Below, piece by piece: positions 1-9,200 of a stretch of 64,000 nt of DNA. A program made the position numbers and the translations under genes. The first letter of the stretch is position 1. Each line of letters begins with the position of its first letter. Source of the stretch: an uncultured Gemmatimonadales bacterium (lineage in GTDB: Bacteria; Gemmatimonadota; Gemmatimonadetes; Gemmatimonadales; Gemmatimonadaceae). The notes beneath the pieces were generated by a model. It was given only the letters and a program-made list of their open reading frames with translations, made no database searches and was not told the origin of the DNA. The stretch covers positions 2,848,001-2,912,000 of the forward strand of contig OY969695.1 of assembly GCA_963701965.1 (NCBI GenBank). Reading direction: 5' to 3'.

Positions 1-948
1 CTTGCCAGAGAAGAAAAGCTCCAGGTTGGCGAGCGCGCGCTCGCCCATCGCGATGCGGGTGTCCACGGTCGCGCTCCCCAGATGGGGGAGCAGCACGACA
101 TTGTCGAGCGCGAGGAGTGCAGGCGCGATCGCGGGCTCTTTCTCGTATACGTCCAATCCCGCGCCAGCAATGCGCCGCGCCGCCAACGCCTCGGCCAACG
201 CCGCCTCATCAATGACGTCACCGCGCGCCGTATTGATCAAAAACGCGTGCGGCGGCATGAGACGTAACGTCTCGGCATTGATCATGTGACGGGTCTCCGG
301 CGTCGCCGGCGCGTGCAGGGACACGAAGTCGCTTTCCCGCAGCACATCGTCCAGCGACGCCCGGGGCTCGGCGCCCAGCGCCTTCGCCTCGCCAATGGGG
401 ATCGGTGGGTCGAAATAGATGACGCGCATGCCGAATCCATCGTGCGCACGCTTGGCGACCGCGCGCCCGATCCGCCCCAGACCGATGATCCCCAGGGTCT
501 TGCCGCTCACCCGCGTCCCCAACATCTGCGTCGGGCCCCATCCGGTCCATCCTTCCGAACGCACCAGCCGCTCTCCCTCGGCCAGCCGCCGCGCCGCCAT
601 CAACAAGAGGGCGATCGCCAGATCCGCGGTGTCATCGGTGAGCACATCGGGCGTGTTGGTCACCACGACCTCGTGCCGCTTGGCGGCAACGACGTCGATG
701 TTGTTGAACCCGACCCCGAAGTTGGCCACGATCCGCGCCCGGCGCCCGGCCGTGCCCAGTACCTCGTCGGTGATCTTGTCGGTCACCGTAGGCAGCAAGG
801 CGTCGGCGCCGCGCATCGCGTCAATGAGCTGCGCCGTCGTCAGTGGCGTGTCGCTCGTGTTGACGCGGGCGTCAAACATCGCTTTGGCGTGCTGCTCCAC
901 GGCCGCGGGCAACCGCCGGGTGATGACGACCGTCGGCCGCGCGCTCAT
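1..948 (-). CDS. D-glycerate dehydrogenase / hydroxypyruvate(glyoxylate) reductase, D-2-hydroxyacid dehydrogenase family (3' end runs off window)
   Basis: Not in the ORF track. Manual translation from the ATG at 948 gives [14 protein letters not shown]...VANFGVGFNNID...TNTPDVLT...GIIGLGRIG...INTARGDVIDE...GLDVYEKEP...LPHLGSAT. ATGA overlap with the mtkB stop. Confidence 0.93.
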   Translation of the reverse strand, partial: MSARPTVVITRRLPAAVEQHAKAMFDARVNTSDTPLTTAQLIDAMRGADALLPTVTDKITDEVLGTAGRRARIVANFGVGFNNIDVVAAKRHEVVVTNTPDVLTDDTADLAIALLLMAARRLAEGERLVRSEGWTGWGPTQMLGTRVSGKTLGIIGLGRIGRAVAKRAHDGFGMRVIYFDPPIPIGEAKALGAEPRASLDDVLRESDFVSLHAPATPETRHMINAETLRLMPPHAFLINTARGDVIDEAALAEALAARRIAGAGLDVYEKEPAIAPALLALDNVVLLPHLGSATVDTRIAMGERALANLELFFSGK

Positions 949-1826
949 GAGAGGACCCTCGCCATGGTGGCGCCCAGCTCCGACGGACTGGGCGCGACCT
1001 GGAGCCCCGAGGCGCGCATGATCTCGGCCTTCTCGGCCGCACTGTCGCCGAACGCCGAAATGATCGCGCCGGCGTGCCCCATGCGCCGGCCCGTCGGCGC
1101 CGAGAGTCCCGCGACGTAGCCGACGACAGGCTTCGTCATGTTGTGCCGCACCCACTGCGCGGCTTCCGCTTCCTGCGGGCCGCCAATCTCGCCGATGAGC
1201 AACACTGCGTCTGTCTCCGTGTCGCGCTCGAACAGCTGGAGGATGTCGAGAAATGAGGAACCGTTGATCGGGTCGCCGCCGATGCCCACGCTGGTGCTGA
1301 CCCCAATGCCGAGCGCCGCCATCTGCGACGCCGCTTCGTACCCCAGGGTGCCCGAACGCGAGACAATGCCAACGCGACCTGCGCGATAAATATGCGGCGG
1401 CATGATGCCGATGAAAGCCTTGCCCGGGCTGATCACCCCGGCGCAATTGGGTCCGATCAAGGTCGAACGGCGCTCGCTCGGATAGCGCCGCAAGTACCGC
1501 TTCACCCGCATCATGTCCTGGGCCGGCACGCCGTCGGTGATGGCGACGATCAACCGGATGCCGGCGTCGGCCGCTTCCATGATGGCGTCGGCCGTGAACG
1601 GCCCCGGCACGAAGATTCCGGTGGCCGAGGCGCCCGTCGCGTGGACCGCGGCCTTCACGGTGTTGAACACCGGCAAGCCCAAGTGGGTGGCGCCGCCCTT
1701 GCCGGGCGTCACTCCGCCCACGAGTCGCGTCCCGTAGGCGATCGCCTCCCGGGCGTGAAAGGTGGCCTTGTCCCCCGTGAAGCCCTGGAAAATGATCGGG
1801 GTCGTCTGGTCGATGAGGATGCTCAT
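945..1826 (-). CDS. mtkB: Malate--CoA ligase alpha subunit (SucD-like)
   Basis: [49 protein letters not shown] phospho-His motif. Context next to mtkA and mcl. Confidence 0.88.
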   Translation of the reverse strand: MSILIDQTTPIIFQGFTGDKATFHAREAIAYGTRLVGGVTPGKGGATHLGLPVFNTVKAAVHATGASATGIFVPGPFTADAIMEAADAGIRLIVAITDGVPAQDMMRVKRYLRRYPSERRSTLIGPNCAGVISPGKAFIGIMPPHIYRAGRVGIVSRSGTLGYEAASQMAALGIGVSTSVGIGGDPINGSSFLDILQLFERDTETDAVLLIGEIGGPQEAEAAQWVRHNMTKPVVGYVAGLSAPTGRRMGHAGAIISAFGDSAAEKAEIMRASGLQVAPSPSELGATMARVLS

Positions 1827-3004
1827 ACCTCGGCACCCGCGAGCATCTGCAATGCACAGACGGCCTTGGCGGCGCCGTCCGCCAACGTGTCGGCGGTCGT
1901 GATCGAAAGGCCGCTCTGCTTGAGGATCCGGCGGCCTTCCTCCACGTTCGTCCCGGCGAGCCGGGCGATGATGGGCGCCGTGATCGACATGTCGCGGGCC
2001 GCTTGCACCACGCCCTGCGCGATCCAATCGCACCGGTTGATGCCGGCGAAAATGTTCACGAGCACGACTTTCACCCGGGGGTCCGACAACACCAGGCGAA
2101 AAGCCGTGGCCACGCGCTCCGGCGAGGCGCCGCCGCCCACGTCCAGGAAATTGGCCGGCTCGGCGCCGGCCAATTTGATCATGTCCATGGTCGCCATGGC
2201 CAGGCCCGCGCCGTTCACGATGCATCCGATCTCACCGGTCAAGCCGACGTAGTTGAGGCCATGCTTGGACGCCTCGGCCTCCCGGGGATCCTCTTCCGTA
2301 TAGTCGCGCAACTCACGCACGTTGGGCCGCCGGAACAGCGCGTTGTCGTCGAACTGCATCTTGGCGTCGAGCGCCAATACGCGCCCATCCTGTGTGACAG
2401 CCAACGGGTTGATTTCCACCATAGTGGCGTCGAGGTCCCGAAAGGCGCGGTAGGCGCCGAGGATCGCCCGCGTCGCCTCGGGCACTTGCGCGGCATCGAG
2501 CCCCAAGCCGAAGCACAGCTCCCGCGCCTGGAACGACTGCATCCCCACGGCCGGCTCAATGACCTCGCGCACCAGCGTGTCGGGCCGCTGCGCGGCGATG
2601 TCTTCGATCTCCATGCCGCCTTCGGCGGTCGCCAGCACGCACACCCGTTCGGCGCGGCGGTCGAGGACCAGGCCCACGTAGAGCTCGCGGGCGATGGGCA
2701 CCGCGGCCTCGATGTAGAGCCGCTGGACGAGCTTGCCCTGCGGGCCCGTCTGCTTGGTCACCAGCACGCGCCCGAGCAAGTCGGCCGCCGCGGCGTGGAC
2801 ATCGTGCTCCGAGGCGCAGATCCGGACGCCGCCCGCCTGCCCGCGGCCGCCGCTATGAATCTGGGCCTTGATCACCCACCGCGCGCCGCCGATCTCGCGC
2901 GCGCAGTACACGGCCTGGTCCGGCGTGTAGGCGACGCTGCCCCGCGGCACCGGCACCCCGAAGTTCGCCAGCAGCTCCTTGGCCTGGTACTCATGGATGT
3001 CCAT
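1823..3004 (-). CDS. mtkA: Malate--CoA ligase beta subunit (SucC-like ATP-grasp)
   Basis: [38 protein letters not shown] resembles MtkA rather than SucC NIFGGIVRCD. Confidence 0.88.
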   Translation of the reverse strand: MDIHEYQAKELLANFGVPVPRGSVAYTPDQAVYCAREIGGARWVIKAQIHSGGRGQAGGVRICASEHDVHAAAADLLGRVLVTKQTGPQGKLVQRLYIEAAVPIARELYVGLVLDRRAERVCVLATAEGGMEIEDIAAQRPDTLVREVIEPAVGMQSFQARELCFGLGLDAAQVPEATRAILGAYRAFRDLDATMVEINPLAVTQDGRVLALDAKMQFDDNALFRRPNVRELRDYTEEDPREAEASKHGLNYVGLTGEIGCIVNGAGLAMATMDMIKLAGAEPANFLDVGGGASPERVATAFRLVLSDPRVKVVLVNIFAGINRCDWIAQGVVQAARDMSITAPIIARLAGTNVEEGRRILKQSGLSITTADTLADGAAKAVCALQMLAGAEV

Positions 3005-3956
3005 TGCGGGCTCCAGCGTCTATCGCGTCCATCGTGTGCACGACGTTGCGGGCCATCCGTGCCGAAGCGGCGTCGATCATCTTGCCGTCCAGCTGCGCCG
3101 CGCCGCGGCCGCCGGCGGCAGCTTCGTCGATGGCGACCAGGATCCGGCGCGCGCGATCGACCTCGGGCGTGGTGGGCGTGAACACCTCGTTGGCCAAGGC
3201 GATCTGCGAGGGATGGATCGCCCATTTCCCCTCGACACCGAGGGCCGCGGCCCGGCGCGCCGCGGCCCGGTAACCGTCGGGGTCCTGGAAATCGCCGAAC
3301 GGCCCGTCGATGGGCCGCAACCCGTACGCGCGGCACGCGACGATCATCCGGGTGAGCGAGGCGTGCCACTGGTCGCCGGGATAGTCGGGGTTGAGCCCTC
3401 CGATGCTCACCGTGCGGGCGCGCAGGCTGGCCGCGTAGTCGGCGACGCCAAAGTGCATGGCCTCGAGACGACGGCTGGATTGCGCGATCGCCTCGACGTT
3501 CGCCATCCCCAGGGCGGTCTCGATCAGGACTTCGATGCCGACGCGGCGCGGCAAGTCCGTGCGGCCGTGGGCGTCCTCGATCTGCGTGAGCAACGCGTCG
3601 ACCATGTAGACATCAGACGCGGTGCCGACTTTCGGGATGAGCACCGTGTCGAGGCGGTCGCCAGCCGCCTCCACGACGTCGACGACATCGCGATACATGT
3701 AGTGCGTATCGAGCCCATTGATGCGCAGCGAGATCGTCTTGCCCCGCCCCCGCCAGTCATGATCGCGAAGGCCCGCGATGGCCTGCGCCCGGGCGGCCAC
3801 TTTCTCGTTCGGCGAGACCGCATCCTCGAGATCGAGAAAGACGTAGTCGGCATCGCCGGCCAACGCTTTGGCGAACAGCTCCGGCCGCGAGGCCGGCACC
3901 GCCAGCTCGCTCCGCTGCAGGCGCTGACGGGTGGGCTCGGGGCGCCAGAAGCTCAT
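2991..3956 (-). CDS. mcl: Malyl-CoA lyase (CitE/HpcH family)
   Basis: [65 protein letters not shown]. Confidence 0.9.
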   Translation of the reverse strand: MSFWRPEPTRQRLQRSELAVPASRPELFAKALAGDADYVFLDLEDAVSPNEKVAARAQAIAGLRDHDWRGRGKTISLRINGLDTHYMYRDVVDVVEAAGDRLDTVLIPKVGTASDVYMVDALLTQIEDAHGRTDLPRRVGIEVLIETALGMANVEAIAQSSRRLEAMHFGVADYAASLRARTVSIGGLNPDYPGDQWHASLTRMIVACRAYGLRPIDGPFGDFQDPDGYRAAARRAAALGVEGKWAIHPSQIALANEVFTPTTPEVDRARRILVAIDEAAAGGRGAAQLDGKMIDAASARMARNVVHTMDAIDAGARNGHP

Positions 3957-5161
3957 ACTCCTGCCGCGGCGGGAGCGCGCTTCGCCGTCTTCGCCGCGCA
4001 CTTGCCGCGCCAAAATTCGGCGGCGGCGGCCACGCCCGATCCCGGCGTCACGTCGATCCCGACGTCGCGCATGGCCATCTCGGCGCCGGCGATGCCGCTG
4101 ATCAACATCAACTCGTTGAGATCGCCGAGGTGTCCGATGCGAAAGAGCTTGCCGGCGACCTCGGAGAGCCCGGCCCCGAGCGCCAGGTTGTAGCGCTTGA
4201 ACGCGACATCAATGATCTCCGCGGCATTGACGCCCGGCGGAGTCATCACGGCGCTCACGGTGTCGGAGTACCACTTGGGATCTCTTGCACAAAGTTGCAG
4301 TCCCCATGCCTGTACGGCGCGCCGCGTGCCCTCGGCCAGCCAATGGTGCCGGGCGTACACGTTGTCGAGACCCTCCTCGAACAGCATGTCGAGCGATTCC
4401 CGCAGCCCGTAGAGCAGGGGGATCGACGGCGTGTACGGGAAGTATCCCGTGGCGTTGGCCTTGATCTGATCCCCGAAATCGAAGAACACCCGCGCGCACT
4501 TGGCGCTCGACTGGAGGGCGAGCGCTCTCTGGCTCATGCACACCAGTCCAAGTCCGGCCGGCATCATGAAACCCTTCTGGGATCCCGTGATCGCGGCGTC
4601 GACGCCCCAGGCATCCATCTCGAACGGCAGGCTGCCGATGGCACTCACGCCGTCGACATAGAGCAGGGCGGGATGCCGCGCGGCGTCGATGGCTTCGCGG
4701 ACGGCGGCCACGTCGGTGGTGACGCCGGTCGCCGTCTCGTTATGCACGACGAGTACGCCCGTGATCTCGTGCGCCGTGTCGGCGCGGAGCGCCGCCGCGA
4801 TGCGGTCGGCCGGCGCGCCCTCGCCCCACGGCACCTGCATCACGTCGACCCTGAGGCCCAATCGCTGCGCGCAGTCGATGAAGAGATGACTGAACTGGCC
4901 GTAGCGGGGGGCCAGGACCCGATCGCCGGGCGAGCGTGTGTTGGCGAGCGCCGCCTCCCACATCCCCGTCCCCGTCGCCGGGAACACGAAGGCCTGTCCC
5001 GTCTCGGTGCGGAAGACGCGCTTCAGGTCCTCGAAGATCCCCTTGGGCAGCGCCGGAAACGACGATGACCGATGATCCTCCTGCGCGCGATGCATCGCGC
5101 GCAGGATGCGATCGGGGACATTGGTGGGACCGGGCACGAAAAGGTGATTCCGACCGGGCAT
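3953..5161 (-). CDS. sgaA: Serine--glyoxylate aminotransferase (class V PLP)
   Basis: MPGRNHLFVPGPTNVPDR, HNETATGV, GSQKGFM (PLP Lys), YFPYTP, FRIGHLGDLNE. Confidence 0.92.
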   Translation of the reverse strand: MPGRNHLFVPGPTNVPDRILRAMHRAQEDHRSSSFPALPKGIFEDLKRVFRTETGQAFVFPATGTGMWEAALANTRSPGDRVLAPRYGQFSHLFIDCAQRLGLRVDVMQVPWGEGAPADRIAAALRADTAHEITGVLVVHNETATGVTTDVAAVREAIDAARHPALLYVDGVSAIGSLPFEMDAWGVDAAITGSQKGFMMPAGLGLVCMSQRALALQSSAKCARVFFDFGDQIKANATGYFPYTPSIPLLYGLRESLDMLFEEGLDNVYARHHWLAEGTRRAVQAWGLQLCARDPKWYSDTVSAVMTPPGVNAAEIIDVAFKRYNLALGAGLSEVAGKLFRIGHLGDLNELMLISGIAGAEMAMRDVGIDVTPGSGVAAAAEFWRGKCAAKTAKRAPAAAGV

Positions 5162-5239
5162 GAGACGGCATCCTCGACAGAAATGATATGGCGGGCGGGC
5201 TCGACTTGGTGCCCACTTACCGGCACGTCGCGTGCCGAA

Positions 5240-5286
5240 AAGCGACAGAAAGGGCCCCCCCGCTGAATGGCGAAGGAGCCCTCTCG
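5240..5286 (-). terminator. Probable intrinsic terminator after the 62-aa ORF
   Basis: Minus strand reads GAGAGGGCTCC...GGGGGGCCCTTTC followed by TGTCGCTTTT. Confidence 0.45.
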
Positions 5287-5301
5287 CTCAAGAGCCGCGA
5301 C

Positions 5302-5490
5302 CTATCGAACGAGCTGCTCGACCTCTGCAGCCTTACATCGATTCTCGTGGTCCGGATAGGTGTGACCGCAGTGGACACAGACCTCGCCAAAGCCGGTGCG
5401 CTTCCACACGAGATAGTACACCGCGCGCTGCAACTGCTTGATGCGTTCGTTGATCTGTCGGACGTCGAGGTCCGCGTCGGGTGGTGTCAT
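5302..5490 (-). CDS. Small hypothetical protein with CxxC/H/H/C putative metal-binding motif
   Basis: 62 aa containing CVHCGHTYPDHENRC; directly downstream of the DCC gene. Confidence 0.55.
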   Translation of the reverse strand: MTPPDADLDVRQINERIKQLQRAVYYLVWKRTGFGEVCVHCGHTYPDHENRCKAAEVEQLVR

Positions 5491-5505
5491 GCCCTACACT
5501 ATAGC

Positions 5506-5910
5506 TCAGCGAGAGAGGAAACGCGACCGGACGTCCGCGGTCGGCACCATACACGTGTCGCGCCGGCCGAACCAACGGAAGCGGTTCCGCGCAATACAGC
5601 GATAGACGGCGTCGCGCACCGGCCGGGGAACGATCATCAGGCCGCGGGCCAACACCGGCCACACCCCGTCGAGCCCTAGGGCAATCCGAAGCGCGGCCGT
5701 GGACTCCTGATAGACGCGGTCACTCTCGACCAAGACGACGCTGGATGCCGGCGCCGTCCACTGGACGCCGCGTTGCCGCAGCAGTTCTGTCGCGGCGTCG
5801 CCCTGGAATGGCGCGAACGTAAAGTGTCCGTGGGGGTCGTGGCGGATAACGAACCGCACCCAGGCATTGCACAGATTACACACCCCATCGAACACGATCA
5901 CACGCGCCAT
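5506..5910 (-). CDS. DCC family (DUF393) thiol-disulfide oxidoreductase
   Basis: VIVFDGVCNLCN, RDAVYRCIARNRFRWFG...C. Confidence 0.9.
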   Translation of the reverse strand: MARVIVFDGVCNLCNAWVRFVIRHDPHGHFTFAPFQGDAATELLRQRGVQWTAPASSVVLVESDRVYQESTAALRIALGLDGVWPVLARGLMIVPRPVRDAVYRCIARNRFRWFGRRDTCMVPTADVRSRFLSR

Positions 5911-5955
5911 GAGTTCAACATACCGGTGGGCGGGAAGCAGCCCCATGTTTCTCTC

Positions 5956-6588
5956 ATGTTTTCCCGGTGCCTCCTGGTGTTGGCCCTTGCGGCGCGGCCG
6001 GCCTGCGGCCAAGCGGCCGCGACCGACGAATTCATCACGCTCACGGCCAAGGGCGATACGTTCGCCGTCGAACGCTACGTGCGGACGCCGGAGCGCGTGG
6101 CGGGGGAGATGCTCGTCCCGTCCGTCCACCAGCTGCTCTCCTACACGTACACGCTGGGGGACAGTGAGTTGGTAAAGCGCCTCGATGTCGCAGTGCGCCC
6201 GGACTCGGCGGCGCCGTCGACCCCCGCCCGGCAAGTCTTCGCGCTCTCGTTCGCCAGCGACAGCGTGCACATCGAGGCGCCCGGAGGCACGCGGTCGGTG
6301 CCCGCCGCGCGCGGCTCGCTCCCCTGGATCAATCCCTCGTTCGTGCTGCTCGAGCAGCTCGTGCGCCGCGCCCGCAGTCGGGACCCCCGGCGGGCGCGCA
6401 CGGACACGGTGCCGATGTTCGATCTCAACAGCGGGCCGATCTCGGCGTCCGTGAGCTGGGTGGGCGCCGACTCGGCGATCATCGCGTTCACCACGGTCAC
6501 CGTGCGCGCCGCGGTCGATCCCAAGACGGGTCAGGTGCTGGGCGTCCGATTTCCCGACGGCGGATCAGTGCGCGCCCATCATCTCTAG
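5956..6588 (+). CDS. Secreted hypothetical protein
   Basis: Signal-like MFSRCLLVLALAARPACGQ, then GDTFAVERYVRT; GC3-rich codons. Confidence 0.7.
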   Translation: MFSRCLLVLALAARPACGQAAATDEFITLTAKGDTFAVERYVRTPERVAGEMLVPSVHQLLSYTYTLGDSELVKRLDVAVRPDSAAPSTPARQVFALSFASDSVHIEAPGGTRSVPAARGSLPWINPSFVLLEQLVRRARSRDPRRARTDTVPMFDLNSGPISASVSWVGADSAIIAFTTVTVRAAVDPKTGQVLGVRFPDGGSVRAHHL

Positions 6589-6617
6589 CAGGTGCTGAAC
6601 TACGCACGCTGCTAGAG

Positions 6618-9113
6618 TTAATCGGTTGGACTGATCTCCGCTGCGCGGAGCTCCAGCATGGTGGCGCGGCGCGGCGGGGGTTCGGGGACGGCGTCGCCCT
6701 TGACGGCGCGCCACAGGATGGTGTTGAACAGCGTCTCGTCCGACTCGTCCTCTTTCCCCAGCCGGAGCCGGCGGGACATCGCCGCCAGCGGCCCTTTGGC
6801 CGGGTTCATCTCGTCGAGGGGGACGGACGGCGTCAACGCCGTGTAGGGCGTGGTATCGGCGACGGACGCGAAGGCATCGCGCAGCGGCCGGCCGAACCGG
6901 TCGAACGGCGACAAGGAACCGAGGCCGAGGATCTCTTCCATTGTCGCGATGACATTGGTGGTGTTGGCGAAGCGGTGCCGCACGCCCGCGCGCGCGTAGG
7001 GCGAGATCACCAGCACGGGCGACCGGTGGGAGTCGACATGATCGGCGCCGGCCTGGGCGTCATCCTCGAGCACGAACACCGCGGTGCTCTTCCAGAACGG
7101 CGTCTTGGACAACGCCTCGATCATCCGCCCCAGCGCCAGATCGTTGTCGGCGACCATCGCGCGCGGGGTCGGCGCGCCGGCCCGGGCGCCGGCGGTGTGA
7201 TCGTTGCCGAGGTGCACGATCTCCAACGCCGGCATCGCCCCGTCGTGCACGTAGCGCTCGAGCTCCGCGATCCAGATATCGGCCCGGCGCTGGTCGGTGA
7301 TCGACAGGTCGAACGGCGGAAAATCGGGGTTGGTGTGGGACTTGAGCGCGGGTTTCGCGCCGATCGCGGGGCCCTTCCACTTGCCTTCTTCGGCCGTGCG
7401 CCCGTTCTCGACCACGAACTCGCCGTAATCGCGCAGTGAAAGTCCCTTGGCGGCGGCGAGATCCCAGAGGTAACCCGCGACCGGCGACGCGACGTCATCG
7501 CCGTCGCGCGGCAGCACGTTGCGGTTCGTGCCCTCGTAGTCGTACGTGCGGCCACGCGCCGAGTAGTTGGACTCCAGGGTTTTTTCCACGTAGTCGGTCG
7601 CGTAGGCCGCGGTCGACCAGGGGTGCCCGTCGGCGCTGACTTCGGCGTTCACGAAGAACCGGTCCCAGATGCCGAATCGCTCGGCCAACGCATGGTGATT
7701 GGGCGTGATGGACCGGCCAAAGAACACGATCGACGAGTCGCCGTCTCCCTGGGGCAGGTCGCCGAAGATCTGATCGTAGGTCCGGTTTTCCTTGATGATG
7801 TAGACCACGTGGGTGATCGGCGGATAGCTCGCGGCGGGGCGCGATGTCTTCCAGCGGTTGGCGCGCGCGACGCGGGCGGTGTAGCCGGCCAGCGTCGCCG
7901 AGTCGCGCGGTGCGGCGACGATCGACAGGGTGCCCGACAACTGGCCGAGGGTGTAGGCCTCGGGGTGGCCATTCTTGTCGCGCGGCGACGGCCGGGTGGG
8001 CCCGGGGCCGGTCCCGGGGTTGGGCGCCGTGCCGATCCCCTTGCCGTTCACCACGAACAGCGCATCGCCAGGGCCGGCCGCGATCGCGGTGGGATACCAC
8101 TCGACGGGCACGCGGGCCACGAGGCGGTCGCCGCCGCCGAGCTGCACGATCGCTACGGCGTTGTTGTCGGCCTCCGCGATGAACAACCGGGTGCCGTCAG
8201 CGGAGAGCGCCAGCGCATTCGGGGTGCTGCCCTCGGCGGTGCCCGCGGGCGTCGGATCGTCGATGTGGCGCGCCACGCGGCGCGTCTTGGTGTCGATCAC
8301 GTCGACGCGGTCGGTGCTGGCCGAGGCGACGAATAGCGACGCGCCGTCGGCGCTCAGGGCGAGGGCCGAGGGATGCCGGGCCACCAGAACGCGCCCGCGC
8401 GCGGCGAGCGCGCCGCCGGCGCGGGGCGCGAAGACGGACACGGTGTGGCCGCCCCACGCCGAGACGTACACGCTGCTGTCGTGGCCGACCACGACGGCGT
8501 AGGGATAGCGCTCGGTGGCCAGGCGCTGGCGTACCCGATGCGCCGCGACGTCGACGACCGCGAGCGAGTCGCCGAGGTTCTCGGCGACGTACAGGCGGTG
8601 GCCATCCGGAGACACCGCGATGCCGGCCGGATAGCGCCGGCCGCCCGTGTTCTTGTCGTGCGGATCGCGCGCGTGGGTTTCCTCCAGCGCGATACTGTCG
8701 ATGAGCGTCGCGCTGTCGGCGCGCCAGGCATAGATGTAGACCTTGTCCTCGTTTCCGCCCGACGCATACAGCGTCGCGCCGTCCGGCGCGAACGCCAGGC
8801 CGAGAAACGCGGCGGGTTGCGGTAGCGTTTGGCGCAGTGCGCCGGTGCGGTCGACGATGGCGATGCCCTGCGAACGCCAGCCGTTGAGCGACAGCACCAG
8901 ACAGCTCGAGTCCGGCGACCAGATCGCGCTCAGCGGCAGCGGTCCCACCTCGTGCGATGTGCCGGCCGGGTCGAGCGTGACTCCCGTGGGCAGGCGCGTG
9001 CCGGCGAGCGTGCCGGTCGATCCCGCGGGCCCGGGCGGGGTCTGATCATTGTGGACCGTCGTGCAGGCGGCCAATACCGCAGCCAACGTGGCCAGTGCTC
9101 GTCCCAAGCGCAT
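6618..9113 (-). CDS. Lipoprotein: YVTN/YncE beta-propeller fused to phosphoesterase (alkaline phosphatase superfamily)
   Basis: Lipobox LAAC; propeller repeats; YIIKENRTYDQIFGD, EVSADGH, GNDHT, EDDAQAGADHVDSHRS. Confidence 0.88.
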   Translation of the reverse strand: MRLGRALATLAAVLAACTTVHNDQTPPGPAGSTGTLAGTRLPTGVTLDPAGTSHEVGPLPLSAIWSPDSSCLVLSLNGWRSQGIAIVDRTGALRQTLPQPAAFLGLAFAPDGATLYASGGNEDKVYIYAWRADSATLIDSIALEETHARDPHDKNTGGRRYPAGIAVSPDGHRLYVAENLGDSLAVVDVAAHRVRQRLATERYPYAVVVGHDSSVYVSAWGGHTVSVFAPRAGGALAARGRVLVARHPSALALSADGASLFVASASTDRVDVIDTKTRRVARHIDDPTPAGTAEGSTPNALALSADGTRLFIAEADNNAVAIVQLGGGDRLVARVPVEWYPTAIAAGPGDALFVVNGKGIGTAPNPGTGPGPTRPSPRDKNGHPEAYTLGQLSGTLSIVAAPRDSATLAGYTARVARANRWKTSRPAASYPPITHVVYIIKENRTYDQIFGDLPQGDGDSSIVFFGRSITPNHHALAERFGIWDRFFVNAEVSADGHPWSTAAYATDYVEKTLESNYSARGRTYDYEGTNRNVLPRDGDDVASPVAGYLWDLAAAKGLSLRDYGEFVVENGRTAEEGKWKGPAIGAKPALKSHTNPDFPPFDLSITDQRRADIWIAELERYVHDGAMPALEIVHLGNDHTAGARAGAPTPRAMVADNDLALGRMIEALSKTPFWKSTAVFVLEDDAQAGADHVDSHRSPVLVISPYARAGVRHRFANTTNVIATMEEILGLGSLSPFDRFGRPLRDAFASVADTTPYTALTPSVPLDEMNPAKGPLAAMSRRLRLGKEDESDETLFNTILWRAVKGDAVPEPPPRRATMLELRAAEISPTD

Positions 9114-9200
9114 TGAGTGCCCCTCACATGTGTCAACGCGGTGTGCAAGTCCGGACCGAACCGGCGTCTCCCTCGTACAACCGCGACTCGAGGGAACGTT

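Noticed and set aside
945..3004. Plain TCA-cycle sucCD
   Set aside because: The [11 protein letters not shown] motif and coupling to mcl and sga favour malate thiokinase, although a phylogeny is needed to be sure.
5162..5300. Riboswitch upstream of sga
   Set aside because: No glycine, THF or cobalamin riboswitch consensus recognised. The hairpin is better explained as a terminator. An Rfam scan would settle it.
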